The notes beneath the pieces are model-generated. The model was not told the DNA's origin and did not search any database. It saw only the letters and a program-made list of their open reading frames with translations. The position numbers were made by a program, and so were the translations under genes. Shown here piece after piece: positions 8,974 to 18,171 of a DNA stretch of 64,000 nt (positions are counted from its first letter, which is position 1; each line of letters opens with the position of its first letter). This DNA is from Gemmatimonadota bacterium (GTDB taxonomy: Bacteria > Gemmatimonadota > Gemmatimonadetes > Palauibacterales > KS3-K002), in contig JBDHJS010000003.1 in the NCBI GenBank assembly GCA_039586795.1, positions 64,001 through 128,000 on the forward strand, written 5' to 3'.

Positions 8974-10521
8974 ATGTCCAGTTCCCTGTCCGGCACAAAC
9001 AGCGGCGATGGAGACGTGCTAACGCCAGCCCCCGCTGGCCTTTCATCTGAGGAAGGTACGCGCGGTACCGAATCGGTGATCCCGCTGAGGATCCTGATTG
9101 CGGATGACGACCGTACGTTGCTCGAGAGCTGCGCGAGTATCTTGGAAATTCAGGGTCACGAGGTGACCTTGTCGGCGCGAGGCCAGGAAGCGCTGGATAT
9201 TCTGCGACGTCGCCGTTTCGACCTGGCGCTGATCGATCTGTACATGCTGGACGTGTCGGGGATGGAGCTATTGCGGGCCAGCCTCAAAGCGAACCCCGAC
9301 CTGATTCCGATCATCATCACGGGCAAGCCAAGCGTGGATTCGAACATGGAGGCGATCCGCGCCGGCGCCTGGGACTATCTTCCGAAGCCATTCTCCGCGA
9401 CACAATTGCAGGTGATGATCGGCCGGGCGGCGCACGCCGTGCTGGGAGCGCGCAAGACGCAGGCTCTCCAGCAGGATATCGAGACGCAGCACGGCCACAG
9501 CGAAAAGGTGAAGGTGCTGGGGATCTCACCCGCGTTCCAGCGGATCGTCGAGGTCTGCCGCCGGGTGGCGCCCACCGATGCCTCAGCTTTTGTCACCGGA
9601 GAAAGCGGGACGGGCAAGGAACTGATCGCCCAGTTCATTCATCACCACAGTCGACGGGCGCGGAAGCCGCTCGTCCCGATCAATTGCGCCGCCTTGCCGG
9701 AGACGCTTCTGGAATCCGAGATGTTCGGACATTGCAAAGGCTCGTTCACGGGTGCGGTGCGGGACAAGCCTGGCCTCCTGGAGATCGCCGACGGCGGCAC
9801 GATGTTCCTGGATGAGATCACCGAGATGTCACAGGCCATTCAGGCGAAGTTGCTGCGGGTAATCCAGGACGGCGTGGTTCGACGAGTCGGCAGCACGAAG
9901 ACGGACGCCGTGGTCAACGTCCGCTTCATCGCCGCGACGAACCGCGACCCGGAGGAAGCCGTCGAATCCGGCACACTCCGCCAGGACCTGTACTTCCGGC
10001 TACGTGTGGTGCCGATACGCGTACCACCGCTGCGGGAGCGGCCCGAGGACGTCCCGATTCTGGCCGAGCACTTCCTGCTGACCTACTGGAAGCGGCACCG
10101 TGAGCGGGGCGCCGAGCCGCCGAAGTTCACCGCCGCCGCCACGCGAGCGCTGCAGGACCGGCAGTGGCCAGGCAACGTCCGCGAGCTGCAGAACGCTATC
10201 GAGCACGCGGTCGTGTTCCTCGAGCCGGGAGCCGATATCAAGGCCGAGGACGTCCCATCCGTTCAGGACAAGGTGCCTGCTCAGGAGGGCTCCCTATTCG
10301 AACTCAATTGGCTCGACGAGCCCTATCACATCGCCCGCGATCGGATGACCGCGGAGTTCGAGCGGCGTTACCTGGTTTGGGTCGTGAACCGAGCGGCCGG
10401 CAACATGTCCAAGGCCGCCCGCATAGCGGGAATCGACAGGACGACGATCTATCGGCTGATGGAGAAGCACGGCCTGCGGCGTGATGCCATGGTCGCGCAG
10501 AACTCTCAAGACACTCCGTGA
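8974..10521 (+). CDS. Sigma54-dependent response regulator, NtrC family (paralog of 1-1340)
   Basis: GGAGG then ATG 8974. Complete REC (ADDD, IDL, KPF), [27 protein letters not shown] and HTH. Confidence 0.95.
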   Translation: MSSSLSGTNSGDGDVLTPAPAGLSSEEGTRGTESVIPLRILIADDDRTLLESCASILEIQGHEVTLSARGQEALDILRRRRFDLALIDLYMLDVSGMELLRASLKANPDLIPIIITGKPSVDSNMEAIRAGAWDYLPKPFSATQLQVMIGRAAHAVLGARKTQALQQDIETQHGHSEKVKVLGISPAFQRIVEVCRRVAPTDASAFVTGESGTGKELIAQFIHHHSRRARKPLVPINCAALPETLLESEMFGHCKGSFTGAVRDKPGLLEIADGGTMFLDEITEMSQAIQAKLLRVIQDGVVRRVGSTKTDAVVNVRFIAATNRDPEEAVESGTLRQDLYFRLRVVPIRVPPLRERPEDVPILAEHFLLTYWKRHRERGAEPPKFTAAATRALQDRQWPGNVRELQNAIEHAVVFLEPGADIKAEDVPSVQDKVPAQEGSLFELNWLDEPYHIARDRMTAEFERRYLVWVVNRAAGNMSKAARIAGIDRTTIYRLMEKHGLRRDAMVAQNSQDTP

Positions 10522-10608
10522 CGCCGACAGGATCGGTTTGATCGTAGCACCACGTTTCTTTTTCGTTGGTGCTGTCGAGTTTTCTTCTTCTTCAAGCAAG
10601 CGCTTTCC

Positions 10609-10626
10609 TGTAGCACCGTCTCCACA
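10609..10626. promoter_or_regulatory. Upstream activator site
   Basis: TGTAGC-ACCGTC-TCCACA, followed by IHF-like AATAAAcaacTTG (10694-10706) and sigma54-like GCGCACAGCCGTTGCA (10732-10747). Confidence 0.55.
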
Positions 10627-10836
10627 ACTAGCAGATGCATTGCTACGTAGCGTGAGTACATCAGTTTCCGGACGGCCCACCTAAGTACTTGTAAATAAAC
10701 AACTTGGATATTGGCACGGAACGGCCCAAACGCGCACAGCCGTTGCACCTGCATGTGAGCGCTTAACCGAAGTACGCCTTGGCTTGCCAACCCGCCGGCG
10801 AGTCAGACCTGAATCACCACACAACGCGGAGTTGGG

Positions 10837-11601
10837 ATGGAGGCATCGACAGTACCCACGCGAGAGCACTATCGCGCTCAGACTAAGCCACTTGCGCTGG
10901 AGAACGGCAACGGATCCGCGGGCGGGTTGAGTGAAGGGTCCACTGCTTCGCATGAGTTGGCTAGCGAGCGTGCTCGACGCATTCTGAATTTGGCGGCCGC
11001 ATTTGTGTTGCTTGTTCTCAGCACTCCGGTCATGATCGTCATCGCGCTGGCGATCAGGCTGACCTCTTCCGGTCCGATCTTCTTCGTTCAGCAGCGCGTT
11101 GGCATCGACCGCCGCAACGGTGGACGGCCAACCGGCAACTGTCGGCGGCAGACGGATGCGGGTGGGCGGCCCTTCAAGATCTACAAGTTTCGCACGATGC
11201 ATTGGAACGGCGGCAACGGTGATCGTCAGGTGTGGGCAAGTCCTGAAGACCCACGCGTCACTCGGTTGGGCCGCGTTCTGCGCACGTACAGGCTGGACGA
11301 GCTACCTCAGCTCATCAACATCCTGCGCGGAGACATGAACCTGGTCGGGCCACGGCCAGAACAGCCCAAGATATTTGACGATCTGCGTTCCAAAGTGACC
11401 GGCTACGAACGGCGCCAAGCTGTGCGACCGGGGATCACGGGGTGGGCGCAGGTCAATCAGCATTACGACCGGTCGGTCGAGGATGTGAAGAAGAAGCTGG
11501 CGCTGGACCTCGAGTACATCGGCAAGCAGTCGGTACGAGAGGACTTGAAGATCATGCTCCGTACGGTGCCGGTAATCCTGTTCAAGGAAGGCGCCTGGTA
11601 A
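10837..11601 (+). CDS. Priming sugar transferase (polyprenyl-phosphate phosphoglycosyltransferase, Bac_transf)
   Basis: FKIYKFRTM, LDELPQLINILRGDMNLVGPRPE, RPGITGWAQV, LDLEYI. Confidence 0.93.
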   Translation: MEASTVPTREHYRAQTKPLALENGNGSAGGLSEGSTASHELASERARRILNLAAAFVLLVLSTPVMIVIALAIRLTSSGPIFFVQQRVGIDRRNGGRPTGNCRRQTDAGGRPFKIYKFRTMHWNGGNGDRQVWASPEDPRVTRLGRVLRTYRLDELPQLINILRGDMNLVGPRPEQPKIFDDLRSKVTGYERRQAVRPGITGWAQVNQHYDRSVEDVKKKLALDLEYIGKQSVREDLKIMLRTVPVILFKEGAW

Positions 11602-11621
11602 GCGGAGACCCGCCAGGTAGC

Positions 11622-11666
11622 GAACGCCGGTCCCCTCTCACTGCAGAGGGACCGGCGTTCTTCTTT
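11622..11666 (+). terminator. Intrinsic terminator between convergent genes
   Basis: 13-bp stem GAACGCCGGTCCC/GGGACCGGCGTTC followed by TTCTTT. Confidence 0.75.
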
Positions 11667-11721
11667 AGGTAGCTGCTAGACTGGGCAACCGTTAGGTACA
11701 CCCCAACAATCTCGGGTTCCG

Positions 11722-13032
11722 CTAAGGCAACAACGAGGGAAGTTGCCCTGCAGGCGCCACGATGACCGTATACATGCTCACCGGCGGTCCCATATCCTGT
11801 GCAACGTTGCTTCCCAGGGTAACACGCCCTGCTGGGAAGATCGCCAGCAGCACGCTGAAGCCGCCCGTGTCGTCCTTCTCGTTGTAGATGTCCAGTCCGG
11901 TATCCACGAAGCCATCCAGCCAGTCGGGCCGTGGGCTGACGCGGTCGTCATGGGCGACGAAGACCGCGACCTCCTCACCGACGTCGAACGACAGGAAGTT
12001 GCTGGCAGATGGGCTCATATTCTTGTCATCGTTCGCCGTGCGGATATAGGTCACGCCAACGAAACTGGGCGGAATCGTCCGGAATTCACGATTCCGATCG
12101 GTATACTGGTGGACGTTGGACTGTTGCGGGAACAGATCGGTGGCCGCGAGTCCGCCCTGGTCGGCCTGGTAGGATCGGCCGCTCGATGCCGACACGCTCG
12201 ACACCTGGGCCGGGCTGGCCGGCGCCGGCGTCGACAGCCCCACGGAGAAGGCGACGGTATAGTCGCTGTTATTGGTGGTGCCGCCCGAATCGGCACACCG
12301 CACATAGAGCTGATAGGACTGCCCAGTCTGTAGACCGACGATGGGCGTAGCATGTCCCGTCGTGTTGGTCTGCTCGAAGGGGGTCATCTGGCCATAGGAG
12401 GTACCGCTCTGATTGCTCCAGGCGCAGACGGCATTCTCGTCGGTGGCCACGTGGAGCACCGTCTCACTCGTGCCGCTAGCGAGGTCTCCCCGTGGCTGAG
12501 AGTGCACGATGCGTGGTGAGCCCGCCGGGCTCGCCGATGGCAGGAATCCGACCGTGAAACCGACCTCGTAGTCGGTGTCGTTCACGTTTCCGGCGCCATC
12601 GTCACACCTGACATACGCCGAGTAGGCGCCGCCATCTTGAAGTCCACCGTACCGCGCGACGTGTTCCCGGCCTCCGGTACTGGAGAACGGAGTCATCGAC
12701 CCGAAAGCGGTCCCCGCGACATCACTCCAGCCGCACGTCGCGGCCCTGTCAGTCGCAACCGCGATGATAGCCGAGCTAACACCACCAGCCAGCTCCCCGC
12801 TGGGGTAGCCGGCCGATATGACCGGCGCCACGCCCGGGTTGGGTGGCGGCGGTGGCGGCGGTGGTGGTGGAGGCGGCGGCTCGTTCTCACCCTCGTTCTC
12901 CGTAGGGTCTTCCTCGGGCGGATCGTTCCCATCGTCTGGGGGAGCCACTAGATCACCACAGGAGGCGAGGACAAGGGCCATGCTGAAGAGAATACTCCAG
13001 CGAGCCAGTCCTCTGGACTGCTTTCGAGACAT
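11722..13032 (-). CDS. Lipoprotein with polyproline linker, two tandem 93-aa Cys-containing repeats and a conserved C-terminal domain
   Basis: Lipobox LASC, 13 consecutive Pro, repeats containing ATD..A.C.WS...YVRC.D, and a C-terminal TANDDK...NFLSFD...VAHDDR domain. Confidence 0.8.
   Translation of the reverse strand: MSRKQSRGLARWSILFSMALVLASCGDLVAPPDDGNDPPEEDPTENEGENEPPPPPPPPPPPPPNPGVAPVISAGYPSGELAGGVSSAIIAVATDRAATCGWSDVAGTAFGSMTPFSSTGGREHVARYGGLQDGGAYSAYVRCDDGAGNVNDTDYEVGFTVGFLPSASPAGSPRIVHSQPRGDLASGTSETVLHVATDENAVCAWSNQSGTSYGQMTPFEQTNTTGHATPIVGLQTGQSYQLYVRCADSGGTTNNSDYTVAFSVGLSTPAPASPAQVSSVSASSGRSYQADQGGLAATDLFPQQSNVHQYTDRNREFRTIPPSFVGVTYIRTANDDKNMSPSASNFLSFDVGEEVAVFVAHDDRVSPRPDWLDGFVDTGLDIYNEKDDTGGFSVLLAIFPAGRVTLGSNVAQDMGPPVSMYTVIVAPAGQLPSLLP
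12238..12825 (-). repeat. Tandem intragenic repeats (12547-12825 and 12238-12516)
   Basis: Two 279-nt units encoding aligned 93-aa repeats. Confidence 0.8.
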
Positions 13033-13293
13033 CCTACTTCACCTCTTCGGGGACTCACGACATGTGGGGTCCGCCGCGCTTGCAGCTTAGACTAACAAAG
13101 CGCGCTACTAGCCGGCGGGTACGCGCCTTGGTCTAAGATGCGTCAAAGCTGCCTTCTTCTCAACCCCGCCGCCTTAGTGGACTCCATCGAGACGTGCAAG
13201 CGAGGTGCCGCCGCCGCCGAGGGAGGGCCCTGCCAGCTAAATCATTCTAGAACAACAGCTTACGGTCTCCGTGATACGCCGATTGCCCGGTTT

Positions 13294-13309
13294 TGGCCAG
13301 CGATATGCG
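13294..13309 (+). promoter_or_regulatory. Candidate sigma54 promoter
   Basis: TGGCCAGCGATATGCG, GG-N10-GC, downstream of an AT-rich tract. Confidence 0.45.
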
Positions 13310-13459
13310 GTAGTTCCTGCAGATCCTAGGCAGACTCTGCACACCGGTACGGGACGTGCGACCGAGACATCGTCATGCTGTTCACCGAACCAGTCGTTAT
13401 CTTGGGGCTGGCCACGCCGAGCAGCGGAGGACAGCGAGGCGGGTAACACCGGCGGAGAA

Positions 13460-15121
13460 TTGAACATCTATTTGCGACTCTTGATGGCTCGGCTTTCCCG
13501 CGGCGTTGTGACCCTGGAGCAACGTGGTCGGAAACGTCTGCTACTGGGATCGTCCCTCGTGATCGCCATCGCGGGGCTCGCGTTCTCCTGGTATCCGCTG
13601 CTCGCCGCAGGACTGTTGGTGGCGGCGCCGCTATCGATCAGCTACGCCAGGGACCGCGCATTCAGAACGGTGCGCCTACGAGCGGCGATTCGTCGACACC
13701 GCGATCTCTCCAATCTCGAGCCGGCGAGCCAGGTCCTTTCGAAGATGGGGATAGACGAGCAGCGGATCGACGATCTGCTTCGCCGAGCGAAACTCGAGAC
13801 CGAACTTCCAATCGCCGAGCTGGATCAGAACAATCGTGTAGTGAGCGACGTCGGGCCGATCCCGCTGTTCGAGAATGCGCTGATAGAACGGGACGCGTTT
13901 CAGAAACGGTCGAGGAACAAGGTAGAGATCGTCATCATTTCGAACGTGGTGGCGCTGAAGAAGAGCTATCGGGATTTCACCTCTTTCCGTAATGAGGTGA
14001 TCGCGCTCGATGCACTCAAGCGTCTCGAGCGAGTGCCAAAGATCGTCGCGCTCGATGAACAGCGTCAGTCGTTGTGTCAGAGCTTCGTTCCGGGACCCAA
14101 CCTCGGTACGCTGATGGTGACAAAGGGGGCCAGCGTCAGCAACCAGTATCAGGCGGGGAGGAAGTACCCTGGCATCGACGGCTGGTCGAGGACGCCGCCT
14201 ACCGAAAGCGAGCGTTCATCGGTGCTGCGAGCACAGAGCGAGGTTGTCGACGAAGCCTTCATCGCCGCTCTCCAAAAGTTGTTCGTCGCGGTCCATGCCG
14301 AAGGAGTCGGGATGACCGACGTCAAACACGGCAACGTCATCAGCTACGGTGGACAGCCCTACTTCTGCGATTTCGACTTCGCGCGCGTTCAGCGTAGCAA
14401 TGACATTTCGTTCCTGCTGACGCGGAACAGGGAGCGGGACAAGTTCAATTACCTGTTCAACGGCGACCTGCCCACGAGCTCATCCCTGCAAGCCGCGCTT
14501 GCGCACCTGACAACCCGTAGCACAGGAAGCGAGCTTCCATCCGTCTATTTCGGAGGAGGATACAGTTTCGGCGACCTCGGCGGCGCCAACGATGCGACGG
14601 CGTTGTGGCTGAAGCTCCGGACGGCGTTACTGGGCTCGGTAGGCGCCACCGTCATCGACTTCGGGAGTAGGGGAGGAGTGATCGCCCTTGAACTGCTGCG
14701 CTCCGGCGTAGAGCGTGTCTGCGCGTATGAACCCGATCCTCAACTTCTGACTTTTGCCCGCCTGACTCATCAGTTCTTCGAGTTAGTGGACAATCGCGCC
14801 TACGACTTTCGGTGCGAACCGTTCGACCGCTCCCAGGCACTCGCGCGCGATGCAGGCGGCTACGACACGGCGCTGGCCCTCGACGGACTGAGCGGTAAGC
14901 GTGAGGAGCTCGAGCAGTTGATCGCCTGGCTGAACGAGAACGTGCAGTCGCTGATCATTGGCTGCCCCAATCGAGTCTCGTCGGGCGCCGAGGTGCTGGC
15001 GACTGCTACAGCGGAAGAAGTGCGCGAGCTGCTCGTGGGCTCCAAGTTTTTGCGATCAAAGCAGTTAGCGGTGCCGCGCGGCTCTCTGATCGCGGCTGCC
15101 ACAACCAAATTCAATACCTGA
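13460..15121 (+). CDS. Membrane-anchored kinase-like (Kdo/APH/RIO fold) + class I methyltransferase-like fusion
   Basis: GGAG then TTG 13460. N-terminal TM region; VALKK, NE, H..G...DVKHGN and CDFD kinase motifs; VIDFGSRGG..AYEPD SAM-binding motif. Confidence 0.65.
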   Translation: MNIYLRLLMARLSRGVVTLEQRGRKRLLLGSSLVIAIAGLAFSWYPLLAAGLLVAAPLSISYARDRAFRTVRLRAAIRRHRDLSNLEPASQVLSKMGIDEQRIDDLLRRAKLETELPIAELDQNNRVVSDVGPIPLFENALIERDAFQKRSRNKVEIVIISNVVALKKSYRDFTSFRNEVIALDALKRLERVPKIVALDEQRQSLCQSFVPGPNLGTLMVTKGASVSNQYQAGRKYPGIDGWSRTPPTESERSSVLRAQSEVVDEAFIAALQKLFVAVHAEGVGMTDVKHGNVISYGGQPYFCDFDFARVQRSNDISFLLTRNRERDKFNYLFNGDLPTSSSLQAALAHLTTRSTGSELPSVYFGGGYSFGDLGGANDATALWLKLRTALLGSVGATVIDFGSRGGVIALELLRSGVERVCAYEPDPQLLTFARLTHQFFELVDNRAYDFRCEPFDRSQALARDAGGYDTALALDGLSGKREELEQLIAWLNENVQSLIIGCPNRVSSGAEVLATATAEEVRELLVGSKFLRSKQLAVPRGSLIAAATTKFNT

Positions 15122-15150
15122 TCCAAGCGATCGGAGACGGCCCAGCACCC

Positions 15151-16647
15151 CTATTCGGTGCCCCCGGGCGGTACGTCCTTGAGGAAGGTCTTCCGCAATT
15201 CTTGGCGTTTCGGTTTCCCTGAGGCGGTGCGCGGGATCTCTTCGACTTCGGCTATCTGTCGCGGCCATTTGTAGTCGGGCAGGACATCGCGCAGATGTCT
15301 TCGTACGTCCGCGATTAGTGGAGAGGAGCCCTGACGGAAGCAAGCGATTATCGTTTCGCCCCAGATCTCGTCCGGCACTCCGATGACCACACATTCGTGG
15401 ACCCCGTCCATCGAGATGATGGCTTCCTCGATCTCTTTAGGGTGAACGCGGTAGGCTCCCGTCTTTATCAGGTCGCTTCGCCGACCCGTGATGAAGATGA
15501 ATCCTTCGTCATCGACAGTAGCCAGGTCACCCGTCCACAAGCCTCCATCCCTCAACACCTGCCGACTAGTCTCAGCATCGTCCCAGTAGCCCGACATCAG
15601 GTTCTCGCCGCTGGCGACGATCTCTCCTTCCTGTCCCGGCGTGACCGGCTCTCCACGCTCATCCAGGACCTGAAGCGCTACACCCGGCATGCCTTTGCCA
15701 ATACTGTTGGGTCGGCTCGGGAGCTCGGATGTCGGCAGATAGCTCAATCGAGCCGATGCCTCCGTCTGGCCGTACATCAAAAACACCTCGACGTCAGGCA
15801 GGGCTCGCTGCAAGCGACGCAGATTGGCGGCGGGAAGGGCACCGCCCGCACAGGTGAGATAGCGGAGCGACGGTGCTGGATGCTCATCGAGCTTCCCACG
15901 CTGAAGCAGCATGGCAAAAGTAGACGGAACGCCACTCAACCCCGTACACTCGCGATCGCGCAGTAGCTTAACGACCCGGGCCGGAAACGCCATCGCACCC
16001 AGCAGCGCCATACTACCGCCCACGCGACAGTGCGTTTGCAGAAGCGAGTTGCCGTAGCTGTAGACAAAGTCGAGGACGACGCCCACTCGATCCTCGGACG
16101 TCAAGCTGAGATACTCAACGATCCCGGTGGTGTTCGAACGTAACGCCCGATGGCTGAGCATTACGCCCTTCGGTGTACCTGTAGTTCCGCTCGTGTAGAT
16201 GATCTGGGCGAGCTCCGTCCCACCACCCAGGGGTAGCTCATCGAACGGCGGTTCATTTTCCAGCTCTTCAACGGTCCATGTATGCTCGACACCGATCTCG
16301 GCAAGCGCGGGATAGTCACGCGCTGGATCGGTGATACAGATATTCGGCTGACAATTCTCAACGACGTGAGCCAGAGCGCGCGGCGCAGTGGCCATCGCCA
16401 ATCCAACCGCGGTGCCACCAACCAGCAAGGTGCCGTAGTAGGCGCTGAGGTAGTCGATACCGTTGGGGAGGAGAAAGAGCACGCGATCGGCTGGCTGCAC
16501 ACCCTGTCGCCGAAGTCCGGCGGCAAGGCGCTGCGCTCGCCCCAATACTTCCTGGTAGGTGAAGACCGTCCCTGATTCGTCGATCAAGAAAGGTGCGTCA
16601 GGCGTCCGCTCGGCCCATCCCTTGAGGTCGTCCGCGATGTGCATCAC
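15151..16647 (-). CDS. Adenylate-forming acyl ligase (AMP-binding family)
   Basis: YTSGTTGTPKG, MYGQTEA, TGDL, GRRSDLIK, PRTASGK. Confidence 0.92.
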   Translation of the reverse strand: MMHIADDLKGWAERTPDAPFLIDESGTVFTYQEVLGRAQRLAAGLRRQGVQPADRVLFLLPNGIDYLSAYYGTLLVGGTAVGLAMATAPRALAHVVENCQPNICITDPARDYPALAEIGVEHTWTVEELENEPPFDELPLGGGTELAQIIYTSGTTGTPKGVMLSHRALRSNTTGIVEYLSLTSEDRVGVVLDFVYSYGNSLLQTHCRVGGSMALLGAMAFPARVVKLLRDRECTGLSGVPSTFAMLLQRGKLDEHPAPSLRYLTCAGGALPAANLRRLQRALPDVEVFLMYGQTEASARLSYLPTSELPSRPNSIGKGMPGVALQVLDERGEPVTPGQEGEIVASGENLMSGYWDDAETSRQVLRDGGLWTGDLATVDDEGFIFITGRRSDLIKTGAYRVHPKEIEEAIISMDGVHECVVIGVPDEIWGETIIACFRQGSSPLIADVRRHLRDVLPDYKWPRQIAEVEEIPRTASGKPKRQELRKTFLKDVPPGGTE

Positions 16648-17867
16648 GAGTCTTCCGGTGGCCCGAGTTGGCAGGAGGCTGCCGGGAATACGCCTGCCCT
16701 CACATCGACGCCGAACCGCTCCAGAAGTGTACTGACCAGTTCATCCCATCTGCTGAAGTGGGGGTATCCCTCCCAGTGCGTCACCTGGCAATCCGACTCA
16801 CTGATGCCGGGGGCATAGACGTAGAGCGGCGTTTCTCCGAGAAAGGGCTTTGGCGCATTCGCTTCCCGGTGCAACGGCATCCCCCGATCGAACAGACCGT
16901 GATGGCCTCTCCCTCTGTGGCAAGCCGCCATGAGGATTACGGCACCACCCTCGGCCAGGTGCTTCAGACCACCCGTTCGAAGCGGACTGTAAGCGTTCTC
17001 GACCTGGAGGAACTCGCCGTCTTTGGGATAGGCGTTGCAGAACAGGACATCGAAGGTTCCCGTCATCGGAGTGGCGTACGCCTGCCGGGCGCTATCGCAG
17101 GCCAGGCGATGGGCTTCGGTGGGCTCTCCGAAATGGACTTCTCTGATGTACCGCGTCGAATCCACAAGACAAGACACGCCGAAGTGAAGCGGAAGCTCTT
17201 CGGCCACTCTTTCCATCTCGCGCCGAATGCGGTTCCCCTCGGTGGCCCCGATCCCTCCCGCGAACCCCATCATGGCTAGCTTGTGCAGCCACACCAGAGT
17301 GTCGAGCGAAGCGAGGCCGGGGACGACGATCTTGCCGCCGCCCGAGAATCCGGCGAACGGATTCGGAATCACACTGCCAACACCGATCCGAAAGTCGGCT
17401 TCCAGAAATGGGCCGTCGATTCGCAACGGAATCTTGCCGATGCGGATCCCACTGTCTGACAACTCGCCTGCCGCATCGTGAAAACGCACTTCAAATCGCT
17501 CGGCGATCCAATCGCCTATCTTCGCGCGAACCTCATCGGCCCCCGGCCGGCGATGCGCACCCGTGGCCATCACGAGATCGATTTGGGACTTCGGCACACC
17601 CGCGTCGAGTAACCCGGTTACGATGGCCTGCAGCGCCAACCCGAGTGGTGACGGCCGCGTGAGATCGTCGATCGCGATCGAAACTCGCGCTCTCGCGCTC
17701 ACCTGTTCCTGCACCGCCGCTATCAGCTTGGAGTAGTCAGGCGATGACGGCTGCTCCCAGCCGGCCATCTCCAATCGCTCGACTTCCCATTCGGACGGAA
17801 ATGGAAATTCCCGCTGTTCGGGATCTTCGCTCCAGGCGCGCCAGGGCAACGTGAGCGTCTTCGTCAC
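16644..17867 (-). CDS. LarA-like (lactate racemase family) protein
   Basis: IDDLTRP, ATGAHR, AGFSGGGKIVVPG and NAYPKD motifs typical of the LarA/DUF2088 family. Confidence 0.8.
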   Translation of the reverse strand: MTKTLTLPWRAWSEDPEQREFPFPSEWEVERLEMAGWEQPSSPDYSKLIAAVQEQVSARARVSIAIDDLTRPSPLGLALQAIVTGLLDAGVPKSQIDLVMATGAHRRPGADEVRAKIGDWIAERFEVRFHDAAGELSDSGIRIGKIPLRIDGPFLEADFRIGVGSVIPNPFAGFSGGGKIVVPGLASLDTLVWLHKLAMMGFAGGIGATEGNRIRREMERVAEELPLHFGVSCLVDSTRYIREVHFGEPTEAHRLACDSARQAYATPMTGTFDVLFCNAYPKDGEFLQVENAYSPLRTGGLKHLAEGGAVILMAACHRGRGHHGLFDRGMPLHREANAPKPFLGETPLYVYAPGISESDCQVTHWEGYPHFSRWDELVSTLLERFGVDVRAGVFPAASCQLGPPEDS

Positions 17868-17868
17868 G

Positions 17869-18120
17869 TCAGCTGCTTTCTCCGCCCAACTTGCTCTCGA
17901 CGAGTGCGGTGATCGCTACCACCGTCTCGAAGTTGTCAGGCATCATGTCATCGATGGCCACTTCGATTCCGAAGGTAGCCTCCAAAAAGCTGATCAGTTC
18001 CTCCATCCCGAGGCTATCCACGATCCCGCTTTGCAGGAGCATGGTGTCGGGCTGAATGCTCGACTGATCGGGTAAGCCCTTCAACTCAACCAGGTAGGCT
18101 ATGACTTTTTCAGCGATCAC
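17869..18120 (-). CDS. Acyl carrier protein 1
   Basis: 83 aa, acidic, GIVDSLG phosphopantetheine site, PDNFET. Confidence 0.88.
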   Translation of the reverse strand: MIAEKVIAYLVELKGLPDQSSIQPDTMLLQSGIVDSLGMEELISFLEATFGIEVAIDDMMPDNFETVVAITALVESKLGGESS

Positions 18121-18171
18121 CTTTGTTCTCCACGGCTTTCCTGTTGTCGGTGCACGAATACGCGGGCGGGC

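Noticed and set aside
10712..10727. Perfect TGGCACG -24 element
   Set aside because: There is no TTGC/GC at the -12 position.
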